Shown piece by piece: positions 60,582 to 64,000 of a DNA stretch of 64,000 nucleotides. Location of the stretch: positions 7,247-71,246 of the forward strand of contig CAZNZD010000001.1 in assembly GCA_964577435.1 (NCBI GenBank), given 5' to 3'. Made by a program: the position numbers and the translations under genes. Position 1 is the stretch's first letter. Every line of letters starts with the position of its first letter. The notes beneath the pieces were generated by a model. That model did no database searches, was not told where the DNA came from, and was given only the letters and a program-made list of their open reading frames with translations. The DNA comes from an uncultured Clostridia bacterium (GTDB taxonomy: Bacteria; Bacillota; DTU025; MWDF01).

Positions 60582-61895
60582 CTATTCTTTGCTTACGCGC
60601 ACACTGATGTCCCATAGCTCTCCGGATTCCTCATAGCTGAACAGCTTGATCTCGTCCTTCTCGCCGGTCTTGATCACAACAAACGTGCGCGTTGCGTCGG
60701 GGTATGTCGTGTTGTGGTCAACCCATGTTCCGCTATTGACATAGAAAGACCCATTTCCGAGATCTTGAAGCGTGGGCACATGAGTATGTCCGAACACTAC
60801 GATGTCTACGTTCTCGTCCGGGTTATCCAGATACTGCGCCTTGGCCTGCCGCGCGAAATAGCTCCAGTCCAGCGTGCCGGATACCGCCTCTATAAAAGTA
60901 GTTTTCACATTGACGTTATTTATCTCCTGACGCTCATCCCATGTGCGCTGGATGTTACGGAATAGCACCGGTGCTGAGATTGTGCCGTCCTCCTGTTCAC
61001 CGGGGTAGAAATCGAGATAGGAATAGGCGTCGTCGAAGCCCGCGATGCGAATGTCAAATATCTTCTCTCCCAGACCCTCCTTGGGTGTTATCTTCTCTGA
61101 GATGCTTTTCAGGATTGAATGGTAGATGTATGCTCCGTACTGGTCGGTATCGGTTTGTTTCGGCACGGTCGTAACAACAGGCAGGTTCTTCGCCACTTTT
61201 GGGCGGCCCTCAAGGACCCATGTGGCGGCGTACCTGGCATAGAAGTATCCGGCGGGGAATATGGTGTCATCGTTTCCGCACAACTCTGCATTGGAGAGGG
61301 TATCCGGTGCGGAGAACACGTCGTAGCGGTGGCCGTGCTCGATGGCGATTTCGTGCCTGTCTCCTGTGTAGTAGTAGCCGAGCCCCTCGGCGTCTCTCGT
61401 CTGCTTGATCTTGGGTATGGCTTCCTGCAGAACCTCCGCCTCCAGCGTCATATCGTGGTTTCCGATTACATAGACGAGGTTTATTCCGCAGTCGGTGACA
61501 TTATTCAGTTCATCTATCACAGTTTGGTTGTTGGCAATAACGTCTCTATAGAACTTTGCCTGGTCCGTATAGGATGGGTAATAGACAGGCAAATACCATT
61601 CGTCCAGGAAATCGCCCGCTATGACCAGCTCTCGAACGTCCTTAGTGTATTGCAGCCGCTGCAGGAATTCGACGAGCGGCGGGCGGTTTGCCAAAGTCTC
61701 GGTGTAATCGTCCTCGATGCCGAGGTGGATATCGCTGATGATAACTATTTTGTTCCGCTCGCTGCCTGCCTCCCACAAAGGCCTCGGCTCGTCCTGCGTT
61801 TCTGGTCTCGTTCCGGTCTGAGCCGCGCCAACGCTGAAGGACAGCATCATGGCGATTGCGATAAACATAGCCGCCAATCCTTTGATTCTTCTCAT
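60582..61895 (-). CDS. secreted metallophosphoesterase (calcineurin-like)
   Basis: Signal peptide, then motifs DIHLG, GDFLDEW, GNHD and HGH. Confidence 0.75.
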   Translation of the reverse strand: MRRIKGLAAMFIAIAMMLSFSVGAAQTGTRPETQDEPRPLWEAGSERNKIVIISDIHLGIEDDYTETLANRPPLVEFLQRLQYTKDVRELVIAGDFLDEWYLPVYYPSYTDQAKFYRDVIANNQTVIDELNNVTDCGINLVYVIGNHDMTLEAEVLQEAIPKIKQTRDAEGLGYYYTGDRHEIAIEHGHRYDVFSAPDTLSNAELCGNDDTIFPAGYFYARYAATWVLEGRPKVAKNLPVVTTVPKQTDTDQYGAYIYHSILKSISEKITPKEGLGEKIFDIRIAGFDDAYSYLDFYPGEQEDGTISAPVLFRNIQRTWDERQEINNVNVKTTFIEAVSGTLDWSYFARQAKAQYLDNPDENVDIVVFGHTHVPTLQDLGNGSFYVNSGTWVDHNTTYPDATRTFVVIKTGEKDEIKLFSYEESGELWDISVRVSKE

Positions 61896-62046
61896 GGGTG
61901 ATTGCTCCTTTCAATTTGGTCTTTCCCTATGAAAGGATAGCGCCAAAGTTAAGTGAGCTGCCTTATTCTACTTAAAAGGCGTGTTTTTGTGCTCAATGTT
62001 GTGGTTTTCGTGAGAGTTCCCATTACTAATGGAGGTTGCCTTTTCG

Positions 62047-63309
62047 TCACACCATCATGCGCACTTTGAAAACGCCGCCCGCTGTTTCATAGACCAGCTC
62101 GCCGCCGCACTTGCTTACAAAGTCCGAAACGCTCTGGCTGCCCTTGCCGTGACCTTCCTTTGCGGAAACTGGCAGGCCCTTTTCGTCCAGGATCACCTCG
62201 CCCTCGTAGAGATTGGCCAGTTCAAGGATTAGCTGGCCGGCGCTGACCGCGGTGAAACGCAGCTCCCGTTTTTCGGCGGGCAGGGCGGCAACGGCTGTTA
62301 TGCTGTTTTCCATCAGGTTAGAGACCGCCATCGCAAGCTGAAGATCGTCAATAGAGAGCTTCTCTGGGATATCCAGACGCAGGTGGCATCTTATGCCCTG
62401 CTGACTGGCCAGCTCTGCGTAATAGGAGACAGCGGCGTTCACCGGCACGTTGCGGCAATAGCTGCGCGGCTTCTGCGGAAGCGCCTCGCTCTGCCGGTGG
62501 ATCAGCTCGGCGGCCTTGTCCGTATTCCCCTCATGCAACAAGGAGAGCAGTGTGTTGTTGAAGTGGCGGCGGTCATGCTGCACTATGCTCATCTGCCGCA
62601 CCGCCTTGTCCATCAGTGCTAGACGCTGACGGGTAAGCTCCCGGTCGGACTGGATTTTCAGATTCTCTACCCGCAGCGCCGCCTCCCGCAGTGTTTTCCT
62701 CAAGGAGAGGAAGATGGCAAGATACATTAGCACCGTTAAAAGCATAAGCAGCATAAGCGGAACAAATCCATCCGTCAGTGTCTGCTTCACATCGTCTCCG
62801 AAAACGAAGTAATATGCAAAGTTGGCAAAGAGTGCGGCGGCTACGAACAGGTAGACGCTCCAATTATCCGCCGCCTGGCGGTAGAGAGGGCGCAGGCGCT
62901 TACGGAAAAGCAAGATGGCAGCAGAAAACATGAGCGCTCTCAATGCAGTATTTGCATAAACCGGATAAGGGAGATAGTCAGAGAGAAAATAACTTATGAC
63001 CACAGTTATAGCGTAGATATTCATGACTGTGAAGCAGTTGAATAACCACTGCATCAGCGTTTCCCTAAACATCGGTTTTGTGGCCACACCCACTAGAATG
63101 AAAAAAACGATATCCAACGCTGCCAGCGTGGTATAGTCGCCGCGCAGATAGAAAAACATATTCAGCGCCAAGTTCACAATCACGATGGCGATCAGCGTTA
63201 TCCACAGCGTACGCTTTCGGGCTTTCGGCCGCGCCAGCGTGAACAGCAGCCCGACCAGCATGGCGTTTGTAACAAGGGCACGGAGTATATCGTATAGCTG
63301 CATCGTCAT
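62047..63309 (-). CDS. membrane sensor histidine kinase of the AgrC/LytTR-cognate (GHKL, HATPase_c_5) type
   Basis: About 6 N-terminal TM helices, a His-containing dimerisation segment (SIVQHDRRHFNNTL), and a C-terminal ATP-binding domain with N-box (NLMENS) and G-box (EGHGKGS). Confidence 0.7.
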   Translation of the reverse strand: MTMQLYDILRALVTNAMLVGLLFTLARPKARKRTLWITLIAIVIVNLALNMFFYLRGDYTTLAALDIVFFILVGVATKPMFRETLMQWLFNCFTVMNIYAITVVISYFLSDYLPYPVYANTALRALMFSAAILLFRKRLRPLYRQAADNWSVYLFVAAALFANFAYYFVFGDDVKQTLTDGFVPLMLLMLLTVLMYLAIFLSLRKTLREAALRVENLKIQSDRELTRQRLALMDKAVRQMSIVQHDRRHFNNTLLSLLHEGNTDKAAELIHRQSEALPQKPRSYCRNVPVNAAVSYYAELASQQGIRCHLRLDIPEKLSIDDLQLAMAVSNLMENSITAVAALPAEKRELRFTAVSAGQLILELANLYEGEVILDEKGLPVSAKEGHGKGSQSVSDFVSKCGGELVYETAGGVFKVRMMV

Positions 63310-64000
63310 GCCCCCCCAAGCCGATAGCTCATGTAGGCGTTACGCACAGCCGTGTACTGCTTGCCGGACACCGGCACAAAAGAGCCGCTCTTGAGGGTGA
63401 AGCCGTCTTTATCCAGCCTTTCCACGAGGCTCATGTTGACAGCATAGGCGGCATGCGGCTGAATGAACCGCCTATCTTGAAGCAGTAGGGCGATATGCTC
63501 AGAAAAGCTGCCGGCAATGGTGGTCGTCTCTACCGTCTCCTTGTTGATGAGCGTATAGATAACGGCGTGGCGGCTATACTTGCACAGAGCAATCTTATCG
63601 GTCGATATAGTGCGCAGTCCATCTCTGGTCTTTACGGTGATGGTGGCTTCTTTGCCGTAGCCCACTTTCTCTGCCGCCAAATCCAGGACAGCAAATAGTG
63701 CCACCTTGTCCACGGGCTTTATCAGATAGTGCAGGGGGTTAACCGCATAAGCGTCCAGCGCAAAACCTGGCTCGGTGGTGATGTATATGATCTGCGCATC
63801 GGTGCCTATGCGGCGTATCTCCCGACCCAATTCCAAGCCGCTGACCATGGGCATGACCATATCCAGCAGGAAAATATGATAGCTCTCCTTCTCGCAGGCT
63901 GTCAGCAGCGCGTCCGGATGAGAAAATTCCCGCAGCTCAGCGCATATGCTGCGCGTGGTTAGATACTCATCTACAAGCTCAACAATACGCCGAAGCTCTG
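63306..64000 (-). CDS. LytTR-family response regulator, 5' end runs off window
   Basis: The frame stays open upstream of the listed ORF (…YHIFLLDMVMPMVSGLELGREIRR is the receiver domain), with the LytTR DNA-binding domain in the C-half. Overlaps the kinase gene by ATGA. Confidence 0.8.
   Translation of the reverse strand, partial: ELRRIVELVDEYLTTRSICAELREFSHPDALLTACEKESYHIFLLDMVMPMVSGLELGREIRRIGTDAQIIYITTEPGFALDAYAVNPLHYLIKPVDKVALFAVLDLAAEKVGYGKEATITVKTRDGLRTISTDKIALCKYSRHAVIYTLINKETVETTTIAGSFSEHIALLLQDRRFIQPHAAYAVNMSLVERLDKDGFTLKSGSFVPVSGKQYTAVRNAYMSYRLGGA

Noticed and set aside
61119-61901. 260-aa plus-strand ORF antisense to the secreted metallophosphoesterase
   Set aside because: The sense strand has the full set of calcineurin-like motifs plus a signal peptide.

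Overview
This 64 kb window comes from a moderately high-GC bacterial chromosome, probably a Firmicutes-like anaerobe. Strong GGAGG Shine-Dalgarno sites are common, TAG is a frequent stop codon, and anaerobe-associated genes (hemerythrin, rubredoxin, Crp/Fnr) are present. The dominant feature is a complete type I-E CRISPR-Cas locus, cas3-cse1-cse2-cas7e-cas5e-cas6e-cas1-cas2 at 33560-41979, followed by a 105-repeat array at 42008-48381. The array abuts a minus-strand tRNA-Met/tRNA-Lys pair. Upstream are two divergent peptide ABC importer operons, one ending in a cytoplasmic M14 peptidase, and a BspA-type leucine-rich-repeat surface protein. There is also a seven-gene operon of uncharacterised membrane proteins with an XRE regulator and a CrtI-like oxidoreductase, a heavy-metal P-type ATPase operon with a Crp/Fnr regulator, and a membrane PAS sensor. 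argG-argH follows, with argH interrupted by an in-frame TAG. Next is a large tandem esterase, then a four-gene operon on the minus strand that the hunt below flags as the best candidate for an undescribed module. It carries a DAACS symporter, a small membrane protein, a secreted tandem single-Cys thioredoxin-like protein and a cysteine-synthase paralog. Downstream of the array are kbl-tdh, a NifU-like gene, a YchF-like GTPase, a phosphoesterase, hsp20, an mscL with a C-terminal zinc ribbon, and lysA. After tRNA-Leu sits a low-GC islet carrying a GGDEF gene, a hemerythrin and a decayed rubredoxin, followed by a secreted phosphoesterase and an AgrC/LytTR-type two-component pair that runs off the window. 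All calls rest on reading the translated ORFs and the DNA directly; no database searches were run.
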